Source: Leptonemataceae bacterium (GTDB lineage: Bacteria > Spirochaetota > Leptospiria > Leptospirales > Leptonemataceae). Taken from it: a stretch of DNA of 64,000 bases. Below, one piece after another: positions 50,091-59,909 of this stretch. Made by a program: the position numbers and the translations under genes. Location: contig OZ245742.1 of the NCBI GenBank assembly GCA_965227295.1, positions 1-64,000 of the forward strand. The letters are read 5' to 3'. Position 1 is the first letter of the stretch. Every line of letters starts with the position of its first letter. The notes beneath the pieces were generated by a model, which was not told the DNA's origin, did not search any database, and saw only the letters and a program-made list of their open reading frames with translations.

Positions 50091-51407
50091 ATGAACCTCA
50101 TCCTCTACGCCATTCCGTTTTTCCTCATCTCGATCCTCATCGAAATCGTCGTCGATCGTGTGAAAAAAGGCGGACGCTATCGTATCAACGACGCCGTGAA
50201 CAGCCTCAGCCTGGGCTCCATCTCGAGGACCATCGGCCTGTTCACCGCCCTTCTCCCGGCCTACTTCATGGGCCTGGCCGCGGAGAGCTTCGCCGTCATC
50301 GATCTCCCCGACCGGTACTTCGATCCCTCCACCCTGGCAGGCTTCGCCGGATTGTTCGCGGTCATCGTGGCCTACGACTTCACCTATTACTGGAAACATC
50401 GCTTCGGCCATGAGTTCGCGTTCTTCTGGGGCTCACACTCGGCGCATCATCAGAGCGAGGAGTACAATCTCACGACGGCCCTGCGCCAGACGTCCATGGG
50501 CTGGATTCTGCTGTGGCTCTTCAACCTGCCCATCATCCTCATGGGCGTCCCCATGGAGGCCTTCATCATCGCCGCCGCCATCAACCTCATCTACCAATTC
50601 TGGCCGCACACGCAGTACATCGATCGCATGCCGGAGTGGTTCGAGTACGTCTTCGTCACGCCCTCCAACCATCGTGTCCACCACGCACAGAACGACAAAT
50701 ACCTCGACAAGAACTACGGCGGCATCTTCATCCTCTGGGATCGCATGTTCGGCACATTCGTCGACGAGGACAAAAGCGAACCGCCGGTATTCGGCATCCG
50801 CAAGCCGCTGAAAAGCTGGAACCCCTTCTACGCGAACCTCCAGGTCTACCATCAAATGTTCCTGGATTCCTGGCGCACGCGCTCCTGGGCCGACAAGCTC
50901 CGCGTATGGTACGGCGCCACCGGCTGGCGCCCCGCCGACGTCGCCGAACAGTATCCCATTCAGTACACCGACGGCATCAACGTCACGAAGTACGATCCGC
51001 ACATCACCGGCCGGGCGTCGTACTACGCGCTCTTTCAGTTTATCCTGGGCATGCTGGCCACTGTGCCACTCATGCTATTCGCGAAGCAGTTTTCTCTGGC
51101 GGAGATCGCTCTGCTCTGCGTGCCGCAGTGGCTTACGCTCTACTCCGTGGGCATGCTCACCGAGGGCCGGAGCTACGCCGTAACATTCGAATGGTTTCGG
51201 TTAGCGCTCTTCGCCGCCGCGGCCACGGCGCTCGCCGTAACTCTGCCGGAAGGCACCGCGCTGATTGCAACGACGATCTCGGCATCGTATCTGTTGTTAT
51301 CGGCGCTGTGGTTGTCCCTCGTGCCGGCGCAGTTGCTGCTGCCCCAGGCGGCGAACGCCGTATCGCCCGCGGGCGGTACAAGCCCAACAAAAACCGCGGC
51401 GGCATAG
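50091..51407 (+). CDS. Sterol desaturase / alkylglycerol monooxygenase-like protein
   Basis: His boxes YWKHRFGH, HSAHHQSEEYNL, HRVHHA. Confidence 0.88.
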   Translation: MNLILYAIPFFLISILIEIVVDRVKKGGRYRINDAVNSLSLGSISRTIGLFTALLPAYFMGLAAESFAVIDLPDRYFDPSTLAGFAGLFAVIVAYDFTYYWKHRFGHEFAFFWGSHSAHHQSEEYNLTTALRQTSMGWILLWLFNLPIILMGVPMEAFIIAAAINLIYQFWPHTQYIDRMPEWFEYVFVTPSNHRVHHAQNDKYLDKNYGGIFILWDRMFGTFVDEDKSEPPVFGIRKPLKSWNPFYANLQVYHQMFLDSWRTRSWADKLRVWYGATGWRPADVAEQYPIQYTDGINVTKYDPHITGRASYYALFQFILGMLATVPLMLFAKQFSLAEIALLCVPQWLTLYSVGMLTEGRSYAVTFEWFRLALFAAAATALAVTLPEGTALIATTISASYLLLSALWLSLVPAQLLLPQAANAVSPAGGTSPTKTAAA

Positions 51408-51413
51408 TCTACT

Positions 51414-51537
51414 CCCCGAACCGTGGTCTAAGTGAAGGACGGCCGACGTTAAGAAGAATTTGGGTACAACTGGTTCCAGCTAACGAGCGGAGGTCAGGCA
51501 GGTGAATGTGGGACAGCGGACCGGAACGGCGTCTTCA
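51414..51537. repeat. Partial copy of the ~331-bp repeat (locus C)
   Basis: ctggttccagctaacgagcggaggtca...ggaccggaacggcgtcttc. Confidence 0.75.
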
Positions 51538-51562
51538 CTTTCAAATACATCAAGCGACCCCG

Positions 51563-51598
51563 CACCCGCTCCGCCCCGCGAATAGGGCGGAGCGGGTG
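51563..51598 (-). terminator. Hairpin downstream of dps, possible terminator
   Basis: cacccgctccgccc / gggcggagcgggtg stem; no clear U-tract. Confidence 0.45.
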
Positions 51599-51610
51599 AG
51601 ATTGCCCGGC

Positions 51611-52081
51611 TTACGCGGCCAGGTGGCTGCGCAGCATCCACGCGGTCTTCTCATGGACCTGGAGGCGCTGGACCAGGAGGTCCACGCTGGACTCGTCGCC
51701 GGACGCCTCCGCTTTCGGGAGCGCGGTACGGATCGTGCGCACCACGGCCTCGTGCCCCTCCACGAGTTTCTCGATCATCTCGGTCGCCGGCGGCACGCCG
51801 TCGTCCTCTCGAATGGTCGAAAGCTTCGCGTACTCACTGTACGTGGCCGGGGCAAATTCTCCCAGCGCCCGAATCCGCTCGGCGACTTCATCCGTGGCCT
51901 GCCAGAGTTCCGTGTACTGCTCCTGAAACAGGGCGTGCAGCGTCGAAAAAAACGGGCCGGTCACATTCCAGTGATAGCCGTGCGTCTTCAGATAGAGCAC
52001 GTAGGTATCCGCCAGGACCTTGCCGAGTTCCCCGGCTACTTCCAGGCGAGCGTCTTCTTTGATTCCAATATTTACTTTCAT
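51611..52081 (-). CDS. dps: Dps family ferritin-like protein
   Basis: KTHGYHWNVTGP.F..LH..F, DEVAERIRALG, HEKTAWML. Confidence 0.93.
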   Translation of the reverse strand: MKVNIGIKEDARLEVAGELGKVLADTYVLYLKTHGYHWNVTGPFFSTLHALFQEQYTELWQATDEVAERIRALGEFAPATYSEYAKLSTIREDDGVPPATEMIEKLVEGHEAVVRTIRTALPKAEASGDESSVDLLVQRLQVHEKTAWMLRSHLAA

Positions 52082-52279
52082 GATTGTACCCCTTCCGGCC
52101 GGGGCCGGTTTGTTAGATCGCCAGAGGCATACGAGAATCCCTCTAAATCTAGACGCAGTATAAAAAATAAACTGCCGGGAGGCCAGTCTTTTTTCGCGGC
52201 GCGGCATTCCCACCGAGGGCATTTTTTCGCTGGCGACCCCGCCAGGGATGCAGTAACCTTTCGGTAGTCGAGGGGCGCG

Positions 52280-52744
52280 TTGAATACATATCGAGACTAC
52301 AGCAAACAGGATCTCGCCAACTATCTGCGCAGTCATGGCCTGAGTGTAACGGCCAGCCGCGTGGAACTCGCCTATCGTATCTTACAGAACTACCATCACC
52401 TGACGTCCGAAGAGATAGCCAATCTCATCGCCGACGAGGACCTGCACGTCTCGCGGGCCACGGTCTACAACGCGCTCAACCTGTTCGTGGAGATCGGCCT
52501 GTTGTCCCGCATACGCACGGGGCGCAACTCCTTCATGTACGACGTGAACGTCGGCGATCACCATCACGCCGTGGACACCGAATCCGGCGAAATGATCGAC
52601 TTCGCCTTCGATGCGCGCACCGAGAAGCGCATTCGCGATCTGGTCTGCAAGGAACTCGGCGACGAACTCGGCTTCGAGATCGACGAACTCAGCCTGGTGG
52701 CCTACGGCCGCCGGGCCGGCAACTCCGCAAACCCGCCTGGTTGA
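52280..52744 (+). CDS. Fur/PerR family regulator
   Basis: T..R, H.T.EEI, SRATVYNAL, HHH; divergent from dps. Confidence 0.88.
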   Translation: MNTYRDYSKQDLANYLRSHGLSVTASRVELAYRILQNYHHLTSEEIANLIADEDLHVSRATVYNALNLFVEIGLLSRIRTGRNSFMYDVNVGDHHHAVDTESGEMIDFAFDARTEKRIRDLVCKELGDELGFEIDELSLVAYGRRAGNSANPPG

Positions 52745-52747
52745 TCG

Positions 52748-53470
52748 CACACGCCCCGAATCGTGGTGTAAGTTGCGGCCAGTGTGCATTAAGGCCTTTA
52801 TAGTTACGGCTGGTTCCAGCTAACGAGCGGAGGCCATGCCGGGGAACGGGGTAAGGCGGACCGGAACGGCGTCTTCATCGTAAAAATCCAGCCGACGCCC
52901 GGGTCGAACGCAGCATGCCTGGCAAAACGAATCACCACAACTCCCGCTTCGCCGTAGCCAAATCAAACCCTTAACCATTGCGCAACTTACCTTATGTGTC
53001 TCACGGTAAACGCCGCGAGCCACAGCTCTTGAACTACCGGAAACATTTTATGCATTCGAGCACGTCCCGAATCGTGGTGTAAATTGCGGCCAGTTAGGAT
53101 TCACACTCTTATGGTCACGGCTGGTTCCAGCAGATGAACGGAGGTTATGCCGGGGAATGTGGTAAGGCGCACCGGCAGAATTCTCGCTTCAGCGAGAGTT
53201 CTGAACCGCCGGCTTTCCGCATCGGCGGAAAGCATAAGTCCCCGGCGTCTTCGTCGGAAGATACGCAACGATAGCTGAGTCACAAACCGACGTCCGGGTC
53301 GAGGCGGACAATCTTTGCCAGACGAATTTCCACAACTCCCGCAAAGCCGTAGCCAAAAAGTCCCCTTCACCATTGCGCAACTTACTTCATATTTCTCACG
53401 GCAACCGTTACGAACCGCGGCTCTTGAACTAACGGAAACGTTTGATTCGTTCGAGTACGCCCGAATCACG
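52748..53470. repeat. ~331-bp tandem intergenic repeat, locus B
   Basis: Unit junctions near 53023 and 53419; second unit has an extra two-hairpin insert at 53176-53233. Confidence 0.85.
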
Positions 53471-53475
53471 GCTCC

Positions 53476-54138
53476 TCAAACGCCGACGTCGGTGTCGCCG
53501 GTTTTCAGAAGAATGCTGAACAACTCAATGCCCTCTTCCAGCGGCGCGGTGGAGTGGCCGGTGCGCAACACATCGCTCATCTCCAGAACAATGATGCCGT
53601 AGATCCAGGCCCACATGGTCCGGGCCACCGCGCGATAGCGGCTGCGATGAAAACGAATGTCCCCGCGCTGAATGCCGCGGCGGATCGTATCCAGAAAAAC
53701 ACGGTAAGCCGTGGGCAACGTCGGAAAGGCCTGGCGATGCAGCGAGACGCTGCCGTTGAACATGAGCTTGTGCAACTCGCGGTTGCTCGTCGAAAACGAC
53801 CAGTAGGTATGGGCAATGTCTTTCAGCTGTTGGAAGACCTCGTCCGATTGCGCCCGGGCCTTCTTGAGCATGTCCGTAAGCTCCCGCTCCCCTTCCAGAA
53901 TCAAAATTCGAATGATGGCATCGATGCCCTCGAAGTAAGCGTAGGGGCTCGCGATGCTGCATTCCAGACGATCGGAGATGCGGCGCATGCTCAGTTGATC
54001 GAGGCCCTCTTCCTGAAGGACCGAACGCGCCGCCTGGATGATCTCTTCGCGGCTCAGGCTGCCGCGCTTGCGCCGGGGACGCTTTTTGGCGGAGCCGTCT
54101 TTGGCCTCAGCGGATTTTGTAGAACGCGGCTTCGACAT
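53476..54138 (-). CDS. TetR family regulator
   Basis: I..A...L..EG...LSMR.I...L......Y.YF HTH. Confidence 0.88.
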   Translation of the reverse strand: MSKPRSTKSAEAKDGSAKKRPRRKRGSLSREEIIQAARSVLQEEGLDQLSMRRISDRLECSIASPYAYFEGIDAIIRILILEGERELTDMLKKARAQSDEVFQQLKDIAHTYWSFSTSNRELHKLMFNGSVSLHRQAFPTLPTAYRVFLDTIRRGIQRGDIRFHRSRYRAVARTMWAWIYGIIVLEMSDVLRTGHSTAPLEEGIELFSILLKTGDTDVGV

Positions 54139-54203
54139 CGATGAACGTAGAGTTCATCGGATGATCGAAGCCGCGCAAGAAAGTTTCGGACAATCTTCGA
54201 AGT

Positions 54204-55064
54204 TCAGCCCGCGCTGAGCGCCGCGCCGATCCCCGGGGTGGCGACTGTAGCGGCCGCGTGGGCCGGAACCAGCCCGTCGTCGGCGCCCTGTTCGGCAGTC
54301 TCGTCCTCGACGCGATGGACCGACGGGCGCACAATCTTAATGATGCCCACCAACTCGAGGAGACGCATCACCTGATACGCCGGGTCGATTTCGAACCAGC
54401 GCACGGCGAAGTTCGGCGAGGTGCCCCGGCCGTGATGGTTGTTCTGGAAGAGTTCGCCCATGGTCAGGATGTCCACCGGCAGCGTGTTCTTGCTGTGATC
54501 TTTCGTCTTCTTGAAGTTCACGTAGCCGTACATGTGCCCGCCCCAGTTGACGATGGCGCCGTGGATGGGTCCCATGAGCCAGTGGGCCGGCAGAAGCAGG
54601 TAAGGCCAGTAGACACCCTCGGGGACGAAAGCCAGGTAGAACAGGACGTAGAGCGCTCCCGTGCCGATGCGGAAGACCCAGGACTGGCCCAGGCGATCGA
54701 GGAAGTTCCAGCGCGGCGTGGCCGCATCGAATTCCTTCGGCGGCTGAACGCGGCCGTAAGCGTAGTCATCGTATTTGTGCTTCGTCTTGAGCATCATGTC
54801 GAAGAAGTTCTCGCTGTGATGCGGGGAATGCGGGTCATTCTCGGTGTCGCTGTAGGCGTGATGCATTCGGTGGAGCACGGCATAACCGTAGGGATTCAGG
54901 AACGAAGGCCCCTGCGCCACAATGGTGAAAATGTAGAAGAAGCGCTCCCAGAACGGGTGGCGGAATTCGAACATCTGATGCGCCGCGTAGCGGTGCAGAA
55001 AGAACGTCTGCGCGAAGATGCTGGTGAACCAGTGCGCAAAGAAGAAAATCAAGATCGCGGTCAT
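54204..55064 (-). CDS. Acyl-CoA (delta-9-like) desaturase
   Basis: HRYAAH, HRMHH, QNNHH boxes. Confidence 0.9.
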   Translation of the reverse strand: MTAILIFFFAHWFTSIFAQTFFLHRYAAHQMFEFRHPFWERFFYIFTIVAQGPSFLNPYGYAVLHRMHHAYSDTENDPHSPHHSENFFDMMLKTKHKYDDYAYGRVQPPKEFDAATPRWNFLDRLGQSWVFRIGTGALYVLFYLAFVPEGVYWPYLLLPAHWLMGPIHGAIVNWGGHMYGYVNFKKTKDHSKNTLPVDILTMGELFQNNHHGRGTSPNFAVRWFEIDPAYQVMRLLELVGIIKIVRPSVHRVEDETAEQGADDGLVPAHAAATVATPGIGAALSAG

Positions 55065-55245
55065 ATTGAACCTCCTGGGCCTTATCTATCTAAGCCCGTT
55101 AGATATAAAGCCATATTATCTAATTCAATTAGATACCGCAAGCAGGATTTTGTTGCAACGCACCAAAAAATTTTTGGGTGTTTGCAGGAGGTGTCTTTGT
55201 CTTCGCGGCGGGCCGGAGCGCCCGCATGGACCTTAGCCTGGCATC

Positions 55246-56382
55246 CTAAAACTCTTCCGTCCCCGTCGGCTCGCGGTGCCGCTCGCCATTCTGCTCCAGC
55301 CGATACGCCGACACCCGTTCGTACGCCAGCTTCCGCACCCGATTGATGCCGCCGAGCGGCCGGTGTTCTTCCAGGGAGTTCCAGGGATTGAACGTGAGAT
55401 TCTCGCAGAACGCGTGCTGCGCCGGGGTGTCGAAGGCCTGGTCCGGAATCTCGATGCGCGCCACGACCGTGAACGGCGCCGCCGTCTCGTCCCAGCGGAC
55501 GGCCGGGTCTTCGATGGGCTGTGCGACAGGATCCATCTGGGGCTGGACCAGAAACTCAAAGCAGGCCCCGCCGCTCTGTAACTGCCGCACCATGGCCTGG
55601 CGCAGATAGTCGTCGGCGGGATTTTCCGGCACGGCGTCCGGGACGTGGGCCGGCAGGTGACCCTCGTCGTCCGTACACGGCCGCGCGGAGTACTTCACGG
55701 CAGCTTCACCGAGACGATACGGTGTGGTGCTCCAGTAGCGAATGGCCAGCATGTTCGGGATCTTTTTACCACGAATGGCGGCGACTTTCCGGAAGGCGCT
55801 CAATTTCCAGTTCCAGGGCGCGCCGCCGAAGAAGTACGAAAACGGCCGGCCGCCCAGAGCCGCTTTGAACAGGGCCAGGTACTCGCCCGGATCCCCAACG
55901 GGCATGACCGGATGATTGATGAGCAGGAAGTCCTGGGTGGACTGTTCCACAGGGCCGAGCTTGGGCCCGGGCACGCCCGTGAGCTTCACCGCCATGCCGC
56001 GAATGTCGCCTTCGATGTCGGGCTTACGCTTCACGGCCCCGTTGGAGTACCGCAGCCAGGCCGCGTAGCTCTTCGGCCCGGCAAAAACACCGTGACGGAA
56101 CTCGCCGGGAAGGTCGGGCAGCACGGTAAACGTCCCGCGCACGCAGCCGTGAGCGTAGGGATGCGCGTCGCGCTGCACGGTTTTCCCGGCATCGCGCTCG
56201 GCGATGTGGTCCACCATCAACTGCGCGGTCTCTTCGGTAATGCGTGCCTCGTCCGGGGCGGGATACTCCTGACCCAGGGCTGCGTCGTCCGGGATCTCGA
56301 CGTAGGGACCGTGCCCCACATACAGCACAAAGCCGATCAACACCAGCACAGCAATCAGTACATAAGCGATTATTTTCAGCAC
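55246..56382 (-). CDS. Catalase-related heme protein, N-terminally anchored
   Basis: RDAH..HGC, RYSNG, DIRGMAVK, QDF, FNPW....HRPLG.INR.R..Y. Confidence 0.85.
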   Translation of the reverse strand: MLKIIAYVLIAVLVLIGFVLYVGHGPYVEIPDDAALGQEYPAPDEARITEETAQLMVDHIAERDAGKTVQRDAHPYAHGCVRGTFTVLPDLPGEFRHGVFAGPKSYAAWLRYSNGAVKRKPDIEGDIRGMAVKLTGVPGPKLGPVEQSTQDFLLINHPVMPVGDPGEYLALFKAALGGRPFSYFFGGAPWNWKLSAFRKVAAIRGKKIPNMLAIRYWSTTPYRLGEAAVKYSARPCTDDEGHLPAHVPDAVPENPADDYLRQAMVRQLQSGGACFEFLVQPQMDPVAQPIEDPAVRWDETAAPFTVVARIEIPDQAFDTPAQHAFCENLTFNPWNSLEEHRPLGGINRVRKLAYERVSAYRLEQNGERHREPTGTEEF

Positions 56383-56455
56383 GTCAGATCCCCCCGGCGA
56401 CTTTCGAGGGAGAAAGCGGAAAGATGATTCGTCTACTATAAAACCAGGTCCTCCG

Positions 56456-56737
56456 ATGCTCCCGAAACTCGAAATCCGCCCGGCCCGCCTCTGCTTTCGC
56501 GCCCGGGATGAACACAGCACCACCGTGGTGGAATTCGGCGGACGCTTGATCGGCACCGACTATGAGTTAGACGCCTGCGTGAGCGAGGATTCGGCCGTGC
56601 GCCACGACCAGGTTCGCCTGCGCATCACGAATCTACACCGTCTGGACGACCATCACGTCCGCGTGGAGGTCCGTCGGGAGGGAGCGAACACCGGCGGCGA
56701 CTTCGCTGAACTCAACGTCATCGCCCCGGTGGCGTAA
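56456..56737 (+). CDS. Small hypothetical protein
   Basis: 93-aa ORF filling the gap between genes. Confidence 0.35.
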   Translation: MLPKLEIRPARLCFRARDEHSTTVVEFGGRLIGTDYELDACVSEDSAVRHDQVRLRITNLHRLDDHHVRVEVRREGANTGGDFAELNVIAPVA

Positions 56738-56741
56738 GGCT

Positions 56742-57542
56742 TCAGGAATTGAGTCGGATCACCGCGCCCGCGTCCAACAACCGAAACGTAAACGATTCGG
56801 TGATGAACAAACGCACGGCCTCGGACGTATGCGATTCGTAGCCGATGCTGAAGTCCTGGCCCAGGCAAATCTGCAGATCCCCGCCGCGCGTGGAAATGAG
56901 ATAGGCCTCGTTTTGAATGGTCGGTGAGTAGATGACCGGACCGTCGATGAGCCGCTCCACGTGTTTGCGCAGCGGATAGCCGTTCGCGTGGGCCGCCAGG
57001 GTTCGCCAGGGTTTGGCACCGGCAATCAGAACATACGGGCCGGTTACGAGTTCGTCCTGAAAGCGCATGATGGCCGTGGAGATGGCTTCGAGCATTTCTT
57101 GATCGCTGGCGCCGAAGTTCACCGCGTCGTGGGCCCCCGCTTCGGCAATGCCCAGGACGCCGGCGTCTTTGTAGCCCTGAAAGATGATCCGGTCCTCGTA
57201 GTCCGCGGCCTTGCGTGCCGCCTCGGTGACCGGATCCAGGTTTACGTCGTCCGCGCCCCGCTCGATGTTGTCGAGTTCCCAGGTGTTCAACTCGAACGAT
57301 ACTCGAAACTCAATCAACGGCAGTACACGATAGATGCCGTGGCGCACCCCGTCTTCCCACTGCGTTCCGGGTACATCCAGACGGCCGGAACTTACGGCGG
57401 TGTACTGCCAGCCGTGCGGACCGTCGATGTCGGCAAAACGCCGGGCGGTCAGCCGGCTGCTCAGGGCCTGAGTGGCCTCATCATCAATGGCCCGCCACGC
57501 CGCGTCGGGGATGGGTGCTGCTTCGCGTTTTAATATGTCCAT
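56742..57542 (-). CDS. Family 1 encapsulin shell protein (Linocin M18)
   Basis: MD.L.RE.API...AW..ID, RR..D..GP.G, RGGD...GQD.SIGY, ESFTF. Confidence 0.93.
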   Translation of the reverse strand: MDILKREAAPIPDAAWRAIDDEATQALSSRLTARRFADIDGPHGWQYTAVSSGRLDVPGTQWEDGVRHGIYRVLPLIEFRVSFELNTWELDNIERGADDVNLDPVTEAARKAADYEDRIIFQGYKDAGVLGIAEAGAHDAVNFGASDQEMLEAISTAIMRFQDELVTGPYVLIAGAKPWRTLAAHANGYPLRKHVERLIDGPVIYSPTIQNEAYLISTRGGDLQICLGQDFSIGYESHTSEAVRLFITESFTFRLLDAGAVIRLNS

Positions 57543-57560
57543 AGTAATCTTGCTCCTTGA

Positions 57561-57929
57561 CTATTCGCTCGCCGGGCGTCCTTTGAGGCTGCCGATATCC
57601 AGCCCGCCGCCCTTCTCGGACGAACCATGACCGCCGGTGGCGCCTTCTTCCACTTCCGTGATGGGACCTTCGGTAAACAGATACGTGCGCAGTTCTTCGT
57701 CCCACTTCGGCATATTGCGGCGCAGCCATTCCAGAGACATACAGGCGTGTTCGATCTCTTCGTCGCGGTTGTGCGCGAGGATTTTTTTCAAATCGGGATC
57801 CGTGGTGAGATGCACGCGCTGGTGGTACCAGTCCACGGCTTCAATTTCTTCAATGAGACTCTTCATCGCACGATGAAAGTCCCGTACTTCGGCGCTGAGT
57901 TCTTCGGCCGGTTCGTGATAATCGGACAT
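57561..57929 (-). CDS. Encapsulated ferritin-like cargo protein
   Basis: SL.EE.EAVDWY.QR, HNRDEE.EH, C-terminal targeting peptide LDIGSLK. Confidence 0.93.
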   Translation of the reverse strand: MSDYHEPAEELSAEVRDFHRAMKSLIEEIEAVDWYHQRVHLTTDPDLKKILAHNRDEEIEHACMSLEWLRRNMPKWDEELRTYLFTEGPITEVEEGATGGHGSSEKGGGLDIGSLKGRPASE

Positions 57930-58055
57930 GCTTCCTCCGGTGTTTCGCTTCGTCTATCTTTCAAAAAATAGACATTGTATGGAATTGCCAAACGCTTTTG
58001 CAGTTTTTTCTGCGCAAGCTGAGGTCCGGGGATCGGTGAAAAAGAATTTGACCAG

Positions 58056-58799
58056 GTGCGGGATTCGAACACAATTCGGGATGTGAGCGCAACGGACGCA
58101 GTTCGGGAGGATGGCGGTGAGCGACGGCGGCGTCTTCGGCGGCCGGCGAGTCTTACCGTCTTCGGCGCCCTATTTCTCGGCCTGCCGCTGTTGAACTACG
58201 TGTCCATCGCCTATCGCCTGAGCATACCACTCACTCATGTTACGCTCATCTTCGCGAATCTGAACGCCCTGGAGATTATTCTGCTCCTCGGCGCCCTGCC
58301 GGTAGGAGCCGGTCTGCTCCTGGTGAAGAAATGGGGCTGGTGGTCCTTCCTGGCCTACTCGCTCATCCTCATCGCCTACAACGGCTTTGTGTTTCTTACG
58401 AAACCCTTCGGCGAAAACCTGGGCGCGCTGTTGCTTACCATCGTCGGTTGCGTCGCCATGGGCTGGTTCATGCGCCGGGATATTTCTGCCCCGTATTTGA
58501 AACTGTATCCTCGCGGCTGGCGCATGCAAAGACGCCGGCCCCTGGTTTTTGAGATCGAAGTGGACGGCATCGTCCGACGCACAAAGGACGCCGGGCAGCG
58601 CGGGGTTTACGTGGACTGGCCGCACTGTCGCCAGAACCCCGGCGACGCGGTAGACGTGGCTTTTCGCTTAAACAACAATCAATACAGGTTAACGGGAGGC
58701 GTGGTTCGCGTGGACGAAGACGGCGCCGGCATCGCCTTTCGGGACCTGGACGCATCTACCGCTCGCCGCCTGTCCCGGGATCTGCAAAACCAGGGATGA
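58056..58799 (+). CDS. Membrane protein with C-terminal PilZ-like domain
   Basis: TM segments then R...R and D....G motifs, G.VVR....GI.F. Confidence 0.7.
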   Translation: MRDSNTIRDVSATDAVREDGGERRRRLRRPASLTVFGALFLGLPLLNYVSIAYRLSIPLTHVTLIFANLNALEIILLLGALPVGAGLLLVKKWGWWSFLAYSLILIAYNGFVFLTKPFGENLGALLLTIVGCVAMGWFMRRDISAPYLKLYPRGWRMQRRRPLVFEIEVDGIVRRTKDAGQRGVYVDWPHCRQNPGDAVDVAFRLNNNQYRLTGGVVRVDEDGAGIAFRDLDASTARRLSRDLQNQG

Positions 58800-58833
58800 C
58801 ACTTCCGCATCGCGTCGATACACTGATCGCACT

Positions 58834-59043
58834 ATGAGCGACGACCGTGCCATCAGTTCTCCCTGTACCGGGGTGTGCAACATCCATGCACAAACACAGC
58901 TCTGTGAAGGTTGTCTGCGTACGTTGGATGAGATCGCGGGATGGTCCTCGTTCGATTCCAAAACACAGCTGCAGGTGTTGCGCACTCTCAAGGGCCGCCG
59001 CCTGGCAGGTGAAAGTGCAGCAACATACCGCGAAAAGGATTGA
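58834..59043 (+). CDS. DUF1289 family small protein
   Basis: SPC.GVC...C.GC.RT.DEI..W. Confidence 0.85.
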   Translation: MSDDRAISSPCTGVCNIHAQTQLCEGCLRTLDEIAGWSSFDSKTQLQVLRTLKGRRLAGESAATYREKD

Positions 59044-59059
59044 CAAAATTCGCCCCCTT

Positions 59060-59168
59060 CCGGTAGTAACTCTGTTACGTCTCCAGGGAGGAAGCGGGTG
59101 AGATTCCCGCGCTGACGCGCAACTGTGAAGAGAGCGTACTTACGTTCTTGAAGCCAGATCTTCCCCGG
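59060..59168 (+). promoter_or_regulatory. Cobalamin riboswitch (short form)
   Basis: ggaagcgggtgagattcccgcgctgacgcgcaactgtga...aagccaga B12-box-like motifs upstream of cob genes; boundaries approximate. Confidence 0.8.
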
Positions 59169-59365
59169 CGTATCGATCTCGCGTTACGATCGTTCGCAAC
59201 TCGCCGCACATTCGCAGCGAAGGGGCCCCGGAGATTACAGGACCGTCGTACGGGGCTGCCTGAGCGCTTTTCTTGTCATCCACTGCCGCAAACAGTGCAT
59301 ACGTCGATGACGAACTACGTGCCATCGCATCTTCCCGCGACGCGAATGACGACAACTAAACGGAG

Positions 59366-59908
59366 ATGCAAATGCACAAAACCAACGCAAGCGAATATCG
59401 AAAGATGCTCGCCACACTCTTCATTGCGACCACGCTCGCTTTTTCCCAGACCGCCTGCGCCCTGAACGAAGACACCGGCGACGCCGACGACGAGCGAATC
59501 GCGTTACTGGGATTGGCCGCTTATGCGGCCAACGTCCTCACCTTCGAACTCAACGGAACCTGGACCACGAACTTCGGTGCCGTGAATTCTTACACCAACA
59601 CCGCCTCGCAGTCGGTCAGCTCGTTCGGTACGACCACGGAAACCATCGTCGCCTTCGACAACGCTTCCAACGTCTACTACTCGCTGACGTCCCCGTCGGC
59701 GTCGTTCAACCCTAACACGTATTCAAAGAATGTTTACGTCGGGCCGTTTACCTCCGGTTCGGTGACGGAGTCGGCATTCTGCACTGTGGCCTTCGGGTTC
59801 AGCAGCCTGGCCGAAGCCCAGGCGGACACCACCACGGCCAATACCGCCACGCCGGGAGAGTCCGGCTCCTGCGGTTCGTTCACGTTTACGTTCATGGTGA
59901 AGCAGTAA
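59366..59908 (+). CDS. Lipoprotein under the cobalamin riboswitch
   Basis: Signal ending QTAC; first gene of the operon. Confidence 0.65.
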   Translation: MQMHKTNASEYRKMLATLFIATTLAFSQTACALNEDTGDADDERIALLGLAAYAANVLTFELNGTWTTNFGAVNSYTNTASQSVSSFGTTTETIVAFDNASNVYYSLTSPSASFNPNTYSKNVYVGPFTSGSVTESAFCTVAFGFSSLAEAQADTTTANTATPGESGSCGSFTFTFMVKQ

Positions 59909-59909
59909 G

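Noticed and set aside
48735-51505. Long Arg/His/Pro-rich overlapping ORFs (also 45722, 54258 and similar)
   Set aside because: Shadow frames of recognised genes in GC-rich DNA
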